From Tubiluchus corallicola (taxonomy: Eukaryota > Animalia > Priapulida): a DNA stretch of 64,000 nt. The stretch covers positions 1-64,000 of the forward strand of contig JAQGDQ010000389.1 in assembly GCA_030141605.1 (NCBI GenBank), read 5' to 3'. This document shows, in pieces, positions 28,110-42,129 of this stretch (positions within the stretch are counted from its first letter, which is position 1; the number at the start of each line of letters is the position of its first letter). The notes beneath the pieces were generated by a model. The model did not search any database. It was not told where the DNA came from and saw only the letters and a list, made by a program, of their open reading frames with translations. A program made the position numbers and the translations under genes.

Positions 28110-28182
28110 GCCTCTGTCGTGGCTATGGTTAGCATAGCTATCCAGAAAGCAAAAGACCTGGGTTCGATTCCCAGCAGAGGGT
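28110..28182 (+). pseudogene. tRNA-like sequence (tRNA pseudogene or SINE head)
   Basis: A-box-like TGGCTATGGTTAGC, B box GGTTCGATTCCC, CCTCTG/CAGAGG acceptor-like stem; anticodon arm poorly formed. Confidence 0.5.
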
Positions 28183-31100
28183 AAAATTTTTTCCACACTT
28201 TCTAATTTTGTATGCATTTATAAGATTAAAACTCAACGTGTACTTTTTGTGTTATCATATATGATATGTAAACATATCCCATAATGCAATTCAATGTACC
28301 ACAAAATAATGTGGCTGTTAGTTAGTTAAGTGCTTATAAAGTTGCTGTGCATGTCTAAATGTTTAAAATATAAAAAAAGAAAAATACGGCAACGGTCAGG
28401 ATCAATTACAGTTTCTTACACCATCGATACTTCCGAAAGTGTCCGTCTTTCTGTCTGTCCATTTGGTATCCACAATTTATTACAGATTTTCTCACATTTC
28501 TGAAACGGACGATCACCCATAAATGACTCCACAATCTTAGACTCTACAAAATTAATCGAATTTAATTAACTTTCACTCGTTAAAGCTAATTATCTCCTGT
28601 TCTGGACCAAAAATGACAAAAAATGCTGCCAGAAGTGACTAAGTGAATTTGAAGTGGCTTTCTTATGGAAATGCTTGCTTACAAGGCTGGCACCATATCT
28701 GCTATACTGCAATGAAACTTACTAAACACAACTGCATTTCCATTGACCTAGTAAATGACAAAAATAATGTAATTACTAGCATGTCAGTTACAGAAAGTTA
28801 TAAATGGATGAGGTAACTAATTTACATTTTGTTGGTATAAAACATGATCCAGAGCAAAGAGCGTAACATTCCTAGGGTATCTGATATTTCTTGAAATTTT
28901 AGGAAGCGGCCCAACAGACGGCGCATCAAGAACATCAGTTGTTGAAATAAATCGTGTCACTACATATGCGGGTTCGGGCGACTTTTTTTCTTATTAAACT
29001 TCGGTTTCCCAGTCAAAAATCTATAAAGATCAACATACCGTCGACGTGTTGACAAACTGGTGCAAAAACGCAAAACTTTGTTTTTCCAAAAGACAAAAAA
29101 CCGATCAAGAATAATCTTGCGGCATCGATAAACAACGGTTCTTTGATGTTGATCTGAACTAGAGGATATTAGCAAGCAATATGCCTGCTGAGTACTGCTA
29201 CCACCCGAGTAAACCCGGACTCATTCCAGTCAAACATAGCAAGCAATATGCCTGCTGAGTACGGCTACCACCCGGGTAAACCCGGACTCATCCCAGTCGA
29301 ACATCCCGGAGAGAGTGAAAAAACCTCCAAGCATTTTAGTAACATATTAAGTCACAAAACAAACAATTGAAACGTTAACTTTAACCGATGCTGGGATGCA
29401 AGCAATGCTAAAATGTCGTCTCTTTCTTGCGGAACTCATGGGGGGAGGGGCATCTCTGGAATTTGAAGTGAAAATAAATAATTTTGCATCTGCTGAAAGT
29501 GACCTAAGTTTTGCACAACAAAAGACTACAACAAAACCGAGAATAAAGATATAATATTAAGGCTTAATCATATGACGTCGTTAACATATGAAAACTTTCG
29601 TCCGATTCTTAATGGACGACAGGATGATTTTTCATATACTACCAAATCCAATCAAAAATTTACATTTTAACACTAATAACACTGCAAAAACATTTACTGA
29701 TAAGTAATAGGTTAAAAACTTAATTAACAGACGGCGAGCGCAACTAATGATGACATCACAAACTAACATAATTTTCAACAGCAAAAATATTCCACAAGCG
29801 TGTTGCACATGTTTGTGAATGTGAAAATTGAAGTACAGTGCAATTGTAAGATATTTATTGTACTGTACTAAACTAGGCAAGTTTTAAGATAAAAATTCAA
29901 ATTTCAAATTTACCGCTGTGCTCATGGATGAGCTGTCAAAAGTGTAGAGTTTGTCACAAACTACTACATCTGAACTGAGAGGTACAGCACCTGTTTTTTT
30001 GTGCAATGCGTTTACGAAATGCAGGCGCTAGTGCCCGTCTAACTAGCAAATGGCGAAGAGCATGTGACAGCGAAGAACTAGTGGCACGAACATAAAATTG
30101 CGTTTTTTATGTAATAATTCTTTCACGTAAGTCATTTTTGAAAAAACGGTATGTTTCCTTTTAGCATTCGAAAGAATAGATTGTTTTGACTTACAGTTTA
30201 AGATTAGGTTCGGTTTTGTTTGAAGGCTTAAACGAATTTTGCCAATAAAATGGCTAAAAATATGAAAGAAAAATTTATAATCACAATTTAACCTTGCAGT
30301 AATGATAAGCAAAGCAATAACAACGTAAACAAGCCGGTAAAATTAGACATTTTGCAACGCAAATTTTACAAGTATCTCAATAAGTTCGTTCGGTGAAAAT
30401 GCTAGCAGTATATGGCAGTTCATGAACACCACATATGCCATCGGCAACGAGACTTTGCCAGGATTTTAAACGCTCATCTTGTTGGCAAATAAATACGGGG
30501 GGGAATGTATTGACAACTGCTTGATTGGCTGATCTACTTCACACATGGGGGTAAAAAAGAGAGGAAAACCCAAACAACCCCCAAACGCTAAGAGTTCACA
30601 ATGTGGGCAGCAGACGAGCACTTAGCCATGTACAGTTACTGAAACCAATAGCCAACAGATACATACTGGGTGGAGTTACAGTTACTGGGCGGGCATCAAC
30701 CGAAAAAGAGAAATAATTCAGATGAAATGAACAAGAAAGTGAATTTACGAGTAACAAACCAAGAAGGAAATACGCTTATGAATGATCTATGCATTTTTGC
30801 AATATAATTAGACGTGTTCTTACAGGCTAACATAGCCATTTTTAACGCACAGATTTCAAGTTTAGGGATGCAGTTTGGGAACCAAAGTCACAGGAAAACA
30901 GTCAAGGAAAAAACAAACAAATTTGGCAAGGAAAAAAGGATACAGGAAAAAGTCGCAATTAATTTTGGCTAGGATTATAGGTTATGTTATCTGTTCTTCT
31001 CCATTTCCTCTTCTTCCTGTGACTTTTTTCCTAACTTTTTTACCTGGATTCACAGAATTCAAGCATCAAACTGATTTGGTGTCATTGCTCCAGCAATCTA

Positions 31101-32014
31101 GGCTAACGGGATTGTTCCAGAATTCAATTCCTTGGTGGCTTACTAAAAGCACACCCATCATATTACTAAAATATAGTCCATTTACTTTACAGAATTTCTC
31201 TCTAAATTGTGTCTGCTTGCATTCTGGACACTCAAATTTCAGGCTTTTAATTTCGTAATGATTTTTTGGGCTTTAGTAATTACAGCATCATAAACGTACT
31301 AATTGTTTCCTTGTCTTTATTTTTCTACCATTAGAAATGGCACTTGCATCAAAACGACTCTCTGCACTCAATAAACAGCTGGCTAACAATATGACATCAA
31401 AGAACAAGAATATTAAATCTCTAAGAACAATGAAATATGATAACTGCATCAAAATCACACCAATGTTTAAGTTAGTGAAATTTAAAAATCCTCAAGACGA
31501 ATATGGTACGTATACAGGACAAACAGAAAAGCTATTGACATGTACCAAGAGAAGGCACAGATAACATTTGATATATCAGCTGAGGAAATGCACTAAAACA
31601 AATATTTCACAACAAAACACAATAAGGACAGCACATGAAACCACTGTTCTCTTGACTGAACCACTTGGTAAAAGACTTGGCAAATTTTGGCATCTTTAAG
31701 GTCAAACTGCTTACAAACTGCACCAAAATAACTAAAACCTTCACACTTTCTTCTTCTATATTCTTGTGCATAATCACAACCAGCTAACGAAACGTGGAGG
31801 ACTTCATCACTTCACAGCCTATATAATACACTAGCTATTGGTAAATTTCAGTCATAAATAACTAATAATTCATCATGAAAATAAACATTTCTAAGCACCG
31901 AAACAGCACATCAATTCCGGCTTCTAACAATCCAAGCCATGTGCTCATAGGCTGTAATAGCTCCCCCATAGTGAAGCCACAGCTCCGAGTTTAAGACAGC
32001 TATCATTACAATCC

Positions 32015-32840
32015 ATGAAGCCAGTTAAATGAAACCTAGTATTGGTAGAATATGTCAAGGCCTTGTCAACTACTAAACTTATTTAACTCTATAGTTGTAA
32101 TCTGTGAAACCAGTTAAATGAAACCTAGTGCTGGTAGACTACGGTCAAATCACGTTGAAAACACTGGTTTTCATCTGATCACGGAAGTTAAGCAATGTAG
32201 AGCCTGGTTAGTGCTTGGATGGGTGACCGACTAGGAATACCAGGTGCTGTAGGCTTGCGGGATCCCCTCACTGTATCTCGACACTAGGCGGCGGAGCTGC
32301 ACAAGCAGCCAACGGTTAGTGGGCGGAGGAGGTCAAGTGACCCAACGGCCATGTGTAGAGGAGTAAACCTTCCAGATCAGGAGTGGAGACCCGAAGGCGG
32401 ACCAGTGCAGTATGCTCAGTGACTCCAGCAGCTCCTGCAGCCAACCTGGTGCCAAACGTATCGCTCCGCTTTCCTTTGGACTACACCAGGGAGGAAGAGA
32501 GGGGGTTCCTGTTATCTGGGCAACTCAGGATCTCACTCTCTTGGCGCACATTCCATTGTCTTCCGAGACAGAAGGATGCCAACAATGCTGGTAGAATGTG
32601 TCAAGGCCTTGTCAACTACTGAACTTATTTAACTCTATAGTTGTAATCTACGAAGCCAGTTAAATGAAACCTAATGCTGGTAGAGTATGTCGACACCTTG
32701 TCAACTACTGAACTTATTTAACTCTATGAAGCCAGTTAAATGAAACCTAATGCTGGTAGATTATGTCGAAGCCTTGTCGGCTAGTGAAACTTATTTAATT
32801 CTGTAACTGTAAGCCACGAAGCCAGTTGAATGAAACCTAG
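32015..32840. repeat. ~90-bp degenerate tandem repeat interrupted by the 5S SINE
   Basis: GAAGCCAGTTAAATGAAACCTA recurs five times. Confidence 0.85.
32139..32585 (+). mobile_element. 5S rRNA-derived SINE, internally deleted copy inserted in a tandem repeat
   Basis: 5S head to 32256, same body as the 18-kb copy minus ~100 bp; TSD TGCTGGTAGA at 32129-32138 and 32586-32595. Confidence 0.85.
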
Positions 32841-33438
32841 CACACTAATACAGAAGATGGTAAGGGCTCGTCATACGAAATTTAATATCACTAGAACACA
32901 ACTAGAATATTATAAGTTGTCATGTTGTTATACATAAAAGTTGGCACATTCTTATACATGTAATAGCTCTTGCAAGACCCGAATTCTAACCTCATAATAA
33001 TTCATGAAAACCACAGTCTGTGTGTTCGTTTCGTGTGAGAGAAAATTACAAGTGAAATTGTACTGTTAGCAAAACTGTAATTATAAACCAAAACCGAAAT
33101 TTATGAAACATAGGAAACCGAAACGAAACCGAACCGAAATCATTTTTGCAAAACTGGAAAAAATTCAGAAATAAATCAAATACTTTGTTTTTACTTGTTT
33201 GCTCTGATACAGATTTGATGAAGTAGCTAAGCAAAAATCTTAAGAAAATAAGTAGAATAATGTTTACGATTAAAGATCATTTAAAAATATTTTGCAAATA
33301 TTTTGTTGTGATATTTCTTCAATGAAACTAAACTTGGTTTTATTGAAATTATGCTTTGATATTTTGGTTCATTGTGCCTGGAGAGCTTGAAGCTTCAAAG
33401 TTGTCAGCATTGAAGATGTGCCGCATTGCCATATAAAC

Positions 33439-33894
33439 CAAGGGTGTGCAAATTATCTGACTAGCCGGGCCACATTAAACTTTCCCGCAATTCCTGCGGG
33501 CCACAGGCAGTTTGATCAATGAGCCAAGTACAGAAAGGCCTAACAACGATTTTTTTTCAATCGACCTGCGTCATTAGTACTACACTCAAGAAACTATTTT
33601 CAAAGTTATTAAAATTTATATTACAAACCATATATTTCTACTTTCAGGACAGATAGTGGTAATTTCATTACAATGCATATTAGTAATGTGTATCACACAG
33701 TCTGTGTAGTACAGCGACATGAAGCTACAACCGTCTTGTAAAGGTTAATGGCATCCGATCTAGTAGAAAAAACTACCCGCACTATCTTTGGGATCGTGGC
33801 ACAGACTTCAGCTGGATACACTCAATTAATCGCCCGGGCCGCACTTTCATTAGGTTGACAAATTTCTTCGCGGGCCGCCATTTGCACACCCCTG
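33439..33894. mobile_element. hAT/Charlie-like MITE inserted in an older dispersed repeat
   Basis: TIR CA(A/G)GGGTGTGCAAAT, GCGGGCC subterminal motifs; the flanks are contiguous in the empty-site paralog at about 17240-17300. Confidence 0.7.
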
Positions 33895-34819
33895 TGATAA
33901 AGCATGCTACAAATGGTACAAAAAATTAAATGAAAAATATATATGTTTTATTTCAGCTGTTTTAGTCAAAATTTTTCAGCAATCTTTAACATGTAGGGGA
34001 AAAAAATAGGAAAACTGGATAAATAAACTAAAATCTCTGCAAAAGTTTACCAAGAATTACCGGACATTTTGGCTACGAAATTTTAACAACATTCAACAAA
34101 ACTGAACCGAAAGTGTAATTATAAGAAAATCCGAAACAAAATTTTCCTTTACGTAATCTCACTCACAATTACATAAAACCAGCTGCTACAAGGGCATCTT
34201 TCATTAAATGTAGTTACCCAAATGTGAGCGATCAAGTGTGCGAGTGTGTTAGAGTGAGTGTGTGTGAGTGACTGAGTGTGTGAGTGTGAGTGTGTGAGAG
34301 AGATCATTTAATGCATTTCTGTTTTGTTTCTTAAATTTCAATTTTACCATTAATCTGGGCAGCACCAAAACAAAATTTTCTTCTAGGTGATGTCCAGAGG
34401 CATACCAGTAGTCTCAATAAAAACTATATATTAATGTTTTTTCTTTGTAAAATTTGTGTTAATTTAATGCTTGCTATATGAATTATCATTGTATGCTGCA
34501 ATATTCAAATAGGCTTTTAATCAGTCTCACTAAACAGAATGAGGATTTTGAATTTATTGCCAGATTTACCATGAGCATACAAGTTTACAATGATAAATTA
34601 CACAGAAAGTATTAAATCACACAAATTTCCACACATTAATATATAATTTTTATTGAGACTACTGGTATGCCTCTGGACAGAACCAGGAAGAAAATTTTGT
34701 GTTGGTGCTGCCTAAATTAATGGTAAACTTGGGAAAGAAAAACAGAAATGAATTAAATAAATAAAAGACAATTAGGAACGAAAAAGAGGTAAATTCATGA
34801 TTATCAATGTAAATACATT

Positions 34820-35323
34820 CATATCTCGGTTTCCCGGACAAAGAGAGACTTCGGTCCAAATTTGTCAATAGTCCGTATTTACCGATACTAAGCTAATACA
34901 GTAGGTGCCGTGTATCAGACTCATGCTAACGTACAATCAATCGTTAATTGTCTCAAAAACGTCTAATACCGTTCCTAAGCAAAAGTATAAAAAAAACTGA
35001 TGGCAACTGACCTAAATAACTCCGCATAAATGATTCTATATTCTTTCTGCACATTCTTAAATGAGACATTCTTGTGCGTGTCGTTACACGTTGCTTAGTT
35101 ACACTGATGTAATGATGTAAACAAAGTGATGACCCGAGAACACGTCGTTACACGTTGCTTAGTTACACTGATGTAATGATGTAAACAAAGTGATGACCCG
35201 AGAACTAGCGGTCAGCAAGCCAAACAACGGACGGCGTCCATACTATGCGGGACTTTTTAACGCTCCAGTATTGACCGATTCTTCCAATATCCGTAAAAGT
35301 AAGGTCTGGCAAAGCGAGATATG
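34820..35323. mobile_element. TIR element (CATATCTCGGTTT...GCGAGATATG), superfamily unassigned; second copy at about 36592-36975
   Basis: Two colinear copies, each bounded by ~19-bp imperfect inverted repeats. Confidence 0.6.
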
Positions 35324-35469
35324 AGTATATTGTTACATATAATGTAAACATTGGCTGTTCTATTGTTTACTTGTTCAAATGTTCAAAACGATTGACATCT
35401 GCATTTAAATCAAAAGCAAAATAAAAATTTAAAGTAGCGACAAAAATTCGAGATAAACGTTATTCAGAA

Positions 35470-35795
35470 GATTCACCACTCAGCAGTAGCCACACCTTTG
35501 ACAAATCAAAGAATGAGTTTGATGATGAAGAGAATTTCAGACATGAGAAATCTGTCTACCGCCAACAATCAGCAGGTCTAAATAATTCAATGTATCCTGG
35601 TAACAGATGAACAACCTGTACACCAGAAAGATTTACCACTCAGCAGTAGCCACACCTTTGACAAATCAAAGAATAAGTCTGATGATAAAGAAAATTTCAG
35701 ACATGAGAAATCTGTCTACTGCATAACAATCAGCAGGTCTAAATAACTCAATGTATACTGCTAACAGATGAACAACCTATACACCAGAAAGATTT
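35470..35795. repeat. ~160-bp tandem duplication
   Basis: Two diverged copies. Confidence 0.85.
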
Positions 35796-36345
35796 AAAAA
35801 TTGGTATAAAATATTTCTAAATTTTCAAAGATGAAATTTCATTCTAGATGTAAAATGATATTGTAACAAGTATTGCAAAACAATGCAATTTTTCTGGCCA
35901 GAAAAGTGAATCATACATCTACTGCCATCTATACACGAAAAAATCAACTACAGCTTTCAGTTCTTCAGTAATCTTAGCAACTGAGGGAATGATGAAGTTA
36001 GTCAGACATTGTAATTGATAAATTCTTCAATCACATAGTGTAATTCACACAACATTAAGTCTTGTTACTAGTAACAAAAATGCACCCAATGTTTTATGTG
36101 CATATGACAACAGAAAAAACCCGAAGGCTTTAATATTACTAAAACAGCAGATTTTGCAACTAAAAACGCAACCAAGATTTTTGCGTCAAAAAATATTTCC
36201 GGGAAATACTTTCTCTATTGAACGAGTTTTCTAGGAAAAAATATTTTCTGGGAAACGAACCTAAACCATAAGAGTCAAGACTTCTCTTACGTGGGTGCTG
36301 GCTGCCATTAAGAATTCGTCCTCGCCATCACAAATCAGTCCATAT

Positions 36346-36463
36346 TCATCTAATTTCTACGCTTTTTTTGCATCTAATTTCTACGCTTTTTTTGCATCTA
36401 ATTTCTACGCTTTTTTTGCATCTAATTTCTACGCTTTTTTTGCATCTAATTTCTACGCTTTTG
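36346..36463. repeat. 24-bp tandem repeat, 5 copies
   Basis: CATCTAATTTCTACGCTTTTTTTG. Confidence 0.92.
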
Positions 36464-37886
36464 CATTTCTCTTTACCCAGATTTCACTTTAGACAATGGC
36501 GCCAATGTCTTGTCATTTGCACGATTTGTTTTCCAAATCAAAGAATGCACAGAAATAAAACTTTATGTTGATCTTGAACCAACGTACCCCCATATCTCGG
36601 TTTGCCAGATAAAGGTGGGGAGACGTCGGTCTGAATTTGATGACTGTCCATATTTACCAATACTAAGCTAATACAGTAGGCACCGTTTATTAGACTCATG
36701 GTAATGCAGAATCAATCACCTAATTGTCTCAAATACGTCTAGTACAAACCGCGCCTATGCAAACTGTCGGCAATTGACTCAAATAACTCCGCATAATTGA
36801 CTCTATATTTTTACATAAAGAGATACACACTTGTTTACACTGCTATAATGATGTAAACAAAGTGATGGCCTGCTCGCAAAACAGCGGACTGTGTCCGTTA
36901 TACAGAACTTTTTAACGGTCCAGATTTTGTCATATTTTTCAAAAATCAGAAGCGAGGTCTGGCACACCGAGATATGAGAGTATGACCACAAAGAACCAGT
37001 TTGTACTAAATACTTAATCAAACTTATTGTCCTGACCATCATTTGAAACTAGCTTGTAGTTAGAACATGCAGTTAGAAAGATACATTTATTCCATCAGCG
37101 CAGCTTCGTGTGTGATTAAAAATCATCTTCATCAACTTTAGTCATTGCAAAACAAACTTTCTAATCTGAAACAGCTTCAATGTGATTCTCATGTGGGATT
37201 CATTATTGTAATTAAGATTTGAATTTCACTTATTTTACATCATACTTGTTATTGTGCAAACTGAATGCACTGTGGCAGTGAGACAAAACAAGTGAATGAA
37301 AAAAATGCATGCTGCACCTTGACATGCATGCCAGCATGTGCATTTAGCATAAACCCTGCAATGCAGCTGTAAGATCCAGACAAAAAAAGACAAAAACTTG
37401 GAATTCAAATGAAATTAGTATTAAAGCCTTTCAATATTAACAATTATTCAGTATCACATCCTACAAACTTATATTTTAGACTTTTGTTTTTTCTGATGCG
37501 CATTATATACTTTATATTTGTTGATATCTTTGTTTTTCCCTGCTGTTTATTCCTTAATTGGTTGTTGTGTTTAATAAACGAATGTGTTATAAAAGTGTGC
37601 CAAAGTAAAAAAACGTTATTTAGTATTTTTTTCTGACCTTTTTTCACTTTTGCATCAACATGGTGCAGAGTGAGGTGAAGAAATGACGTTTCAATTTTTA
37701 TAGTAAAAATTTTCTTATAAGTCTACGTTTTATTTATTTATATTATTAATTGTGTGTATTATTATATATTATATATTTATTTTATTTATAAATTGTTAAT
37801 AAAAAAGTGCAGACTGCTAACTTATACGATGTCTCAAACACTAACATAATAATTACACGCACAACAAAAATCATGCCACAACTTAC

Positions 37887-37965
37887 CTGACATTTGATTT
37901 GGTAAGCTAACTGGTGGCTCCATCTGTGAATACGACGGGTAGTTTTGCTGCAAATGATTAGCCAT
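37887..37965 (-). CDS. SEC24: Sec24A/B-like, probable first coding exon (MANHLQQNYPSYSQMEPPVSLPNQMS-G); exon including 5' UTR is about 37887-38009
   Basis: Acceptor tttgtAG at 38010-38012, ATG at 37965, strong donor G|GTAAGT. Ends in phase 1, matching the phase-1 start of exon 19232-19404. Gln/Pro/Ser/Tyr-rich like the Sec24 N-terminus. Implies an 18.5-kb intron. Confidence 0.7.
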
Positions 37966-38210
37966 GATGAATTACTGCGGATGGCATTCGTAATGTAAAC
38001 CTATATCACCTACAAACAACAAATATATTTTATCACTGAGAATAAGTGAAAATAGTCTTACATGCTAAGCTAAACCAAAAAGCTTCATATCAAGACGTGT
38101 TAAAAATCAGAATGAAACTGCAGTAAAAAATGCATTTAACTGTAACAGTCCGTGATTTTTAGCTCACCTCAACAACCACTAATGTACAGTTAAAGTTTGA
38201 AGAAATTTAA

Positions 38211-38758
38211 AGAAAGACCAGAAGATTGTTTAGACTGGATGTCATTTTAATTTACTGTCCAAAATATACATTTTATTGCCTATAAAAGTTAACAATTGTT
38301 TCTTATATTTACATAATTAGCTTTGAAAGCTAATTAACGGCAACCAAACACAGCTACTGCTTACGTCACAAACTAACCACAGTTTGTGCAGTGGCAGGCA
38401 TCTTAGCTTGCGCATAAAGGAAATTTGCATAAATGTTACAGTACTGCTTAAATGAATGATCTCATGAAAATGGGTTTTGCATCATATAACGTCAGAAACT
38501 AACACTGCAGTTCATGATCATGGTTATCACGGTACCACCTTCTATTTGTCGGTCACGCGCATGTGACAAAAAGGCGCCGCTGCCAATCTTAGTAGATTCA
38601 CTGAGCCGTGCATAGCTTTGAAAGTTTAACGAAATTTGAGTATCCGAGGTAATTATTATTTAATCTAAGCTTTGACTTAACAAAAGCTGTTGTAGTTTTC
38701 AATATCTTAGAGCATTCTTTGTGCTGAACTAATGTTTACACAATCGTTCAGTTTTCCT
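38211..38758. mobile_element. Second copy of the TTAA-flanked element
   Basis: Colinear with 49299-49847, TTAA at both ends. Confidence 0.75.
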
Positions 38759-39094
38759 TTAAGGAAGTTAAAGAAGATCAATGCTTTAAATGAGTTTATA
38801 ACCTAATTATGGGACTGATGTTTTTCCTGTATCAATTTGTTTAGATGGAAGAAATACAGAATTTCTAGATACAGTTTATGTGCTAAACAAAGCATTAACG
38901 CATATTTATGATCTATGTTTCTTCTTAACAACTTGATTAATCAACTATTCTATAACACAATCAATTTTTTCCACATTTTTAGTTCAATGTTAGAATTTTT
39001 TTTTGGAAATTTCGTAATATTTAGCTATTTCAACTCGTCATTTGACCAAATAATTTACGTTATTTTCCCTGCACAGCACACAAGCACATTCTTA

Positions 39095-39698
39095 TATGGA
39101 TTTTACACTATAGATACAAAAATAAGTATAGATTTCACACTATGGATATAAAAATAAATATTGATTTACACTATAGATACAAAAATAAATATGGATTTTA
39201 CACTATAGATACAAAAATAAATAAGGATTTTACACTATAGATACAAAAATAAATAAGGATTTTACACTATAGATACAAAAATAAATATGGATTTTACACT
39301 ATAGATACAAAAATAAATATGGATTTTACACTATAGATACAAAAATAAATATGGATTTTACACTACAAATACAAAAATAAATATGGATTTTACACTACAA
39401 ATACAAAAATAAATATGGATTTTACACTACAGATACAAAAATAAATATGGATTTTACACTACAAATACAAAAATAAATATGGATTTCACACTAGAGATAC
39501 AAAAATAAATATAGATTTCACACTATGGATATAAAAATAAATATGGATTTACACTAGATATAAAAATAAATAAGGATTTCACACTAGAGATACAAAAATA
39601 AATATAGATTTCACACTATGGATATAAAAATAAATATGGATTTACACTAGATATAAAAATAAATAAGGATTTCACACTAGAGATACAAAAATAAATAA
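39095..39698. repeat. ~31-bp AT-rich minisatellite, ~19 copies
   Basis: ATATGGATTTTACACTATAGATACAAAAATAA. Confidence 0.93.
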
Positions 39699-42129
39699 AC
39701 TTTAACTTATTTTAGTCGCAATGTATATGGATGTTTCTTCTTCCTCTACAAGCACCTGAAGCAATGGATTCTTTTATCTATTTGATGCCGTTACCTTAGG
39801 TACTAAAAGTGCAAAACCAACGTAGAACCAAAACTGCAACATTTTATTTAAGTTTACTAATTTCATCTGCAAACTGAAGCTTGCACAAGTCTCATTAGAT
39901 TACATCATCATGATTAAGTATTAGGCATCCACAATTGTACACAGGGTCCGATTTATTTTAGGGCTGCCACCACTCTTGATTTAGCACAGAGTATCCCAAA
40001 TTTCAGCCACGAATTCGTAGTTTAGTTGCATTTTTGAAAAATTTTAAAATCACCTGATTTTAGCCAGCACATTGAAATTAATAATAAATACAACCTGCCT
40101 CGCTGATGACACTGAAAATAAATTTGTATAAGTTTAAGTTAAAAACGGTAGGTTTACCGGATGATTGTGTAAACATTAGTTCAGAATAAAGAATGCTCTA
40201 AAATATTGAAAACTACAATAGTTTTTTTTAAATCAAAGCTTAGATTAAATAGTAATTACCTCGGATACTCAAATCTCGCAAAACTTTCAAAGCTACGTGC
40301 GGCTCAGTGAATTTACTAAGATTGGCAGAGAATTTTCTAAGCTTTGTTTACAACGAGTGTTCTTGCCCTTTAAAAAAATCACCTGGTTAAGTTCAATTAT
40401 TTACATCAAAAACACACCATGAGCAAGTTGTACATGTTAGAAAAAGCGAAAATTGAAGTACAGTGCTACTGTAAAATATTACGTGTGTTGTATTAAAACT
40501 AAGCAAGTTTTAAGATAAAAATTCAAATCTCAAATTTACCACTGTGCTCACGCATGAGCTGTCGAACGTGCAACTCGTCACAATGTGAAATATTGTTTAG
40601 GTGAAATAATTGTTGCGCGTAAGTCATTCTTGAAGAATCTATGTTTCCTTTCAATATTTTAAAGAGTAGGTTGTTTTGGCCTACAGTTTAAGATTGGTGG
40701 TGTTCCTTTAACTAGCAAAGAAAATGTTTGCTGCTTTATATTTTTTGAATCTGGTATATTGTTTTGCCACATCAAACTAGTTTGGTTCATTTATTTTTTA
40801 TCATTGTATCATTATATGTGTGCTTGCATAGCAAAATCATCCATAACTCGGCAGTTAATTCTTCTAGTTTGTCACATATCTTGTATCTCCATTGCATGAG
40901 GATTATTTTGATACCCAGGTCATTGTTCTAAGCTGAGATAATCCACATTGAAGTTGAGGTGCAGACTGCATACTGAAAAACATGATCTTGAGAAAATCAC
41001 TTCTTAAAGTTAGCCATTGTTTTTGTCACGTTTCCACAAAATACTTAGCAACTACACAAATGTTGGTTGCTACGGACTTTGCAAAAACATATTGAAGTCA
41101 TTTTTAAAACTCTTCCTGATGAAGATCTGGGCTTGGCAACAGAAAAAACCTGAGGCAAAATGTCAGCTTCCACGAGCTACAATTGGAGTTTTTTACAATG
41201 GCATTACTAGTTTCTAAACAGAAAAAAGAGTAAGGAATTATAAAACTTAATCATTAGGGTTTTTCGAACACTTTTTCGATAATCTGATGCTAGAATACAA
41301 AAGTAGCGTATATATATTTAATAGCGTGTATTATATGAATATATTTTGCATAGCTTTCATAGACTACGAAAAATTGTCATTTGACTAAATTTTTTGGTCA
41401 TTCTACTTTGAAGCATCATAACACAGTTTTAACTATGACGACTTATGGAAAGTTTTGGTCTGCAAGCACACATATCTTTTTATGTATTTGTTTCTTCCAT
41501 CCCAGCTTAAATTGTCACTCAAATTTTTCTACTAACGTTAACTAGAACGTTGGCTGATTCGCTTACCTTTACAATTTTTTCGCCACCCTTTCTCTAAGCT
41601 ACTAACAACTTATTTTATTTTATATGTTTAAAATTCTTGTTAAATATTTAAAGCACAGTTACCAGAGATAAATAAATTTACGTGAATTGAAACCTATTGT
41701 CTGTAAATGTAATATAGCAACAATGGACATGCAATACAAAGAAATATGCAGGATCTGAGAAGTAATCCTAATAGTGGGCATACTGCAATCAACACAATAA
41801 TTATAGTATAGCATGAATTAGCACTACATAGACAGTTAATGAACATAGGCCACCATGCACATGTATTGGTCTACCGTGTTATTAAAGGAGAAAAACAAAA
41901 CAGGTAACATAAATGAATAAATACATTATGTAGTAAAACGCTAGTGGCAATAAATACTACGAAGGAAAAAACAGTATAGTACTTGATACACCTAGACTAT
42001 AACTAGCATTTTCAATGGTTTATCGTAATTTTAATAACATCCTACATAATTACTTCAAAGTTCAAATCATAATCTTTGAATAATCAAAGCACAAAACTTT
42101 GTAGCTACCAATTGAAACTCAAGCCAACA

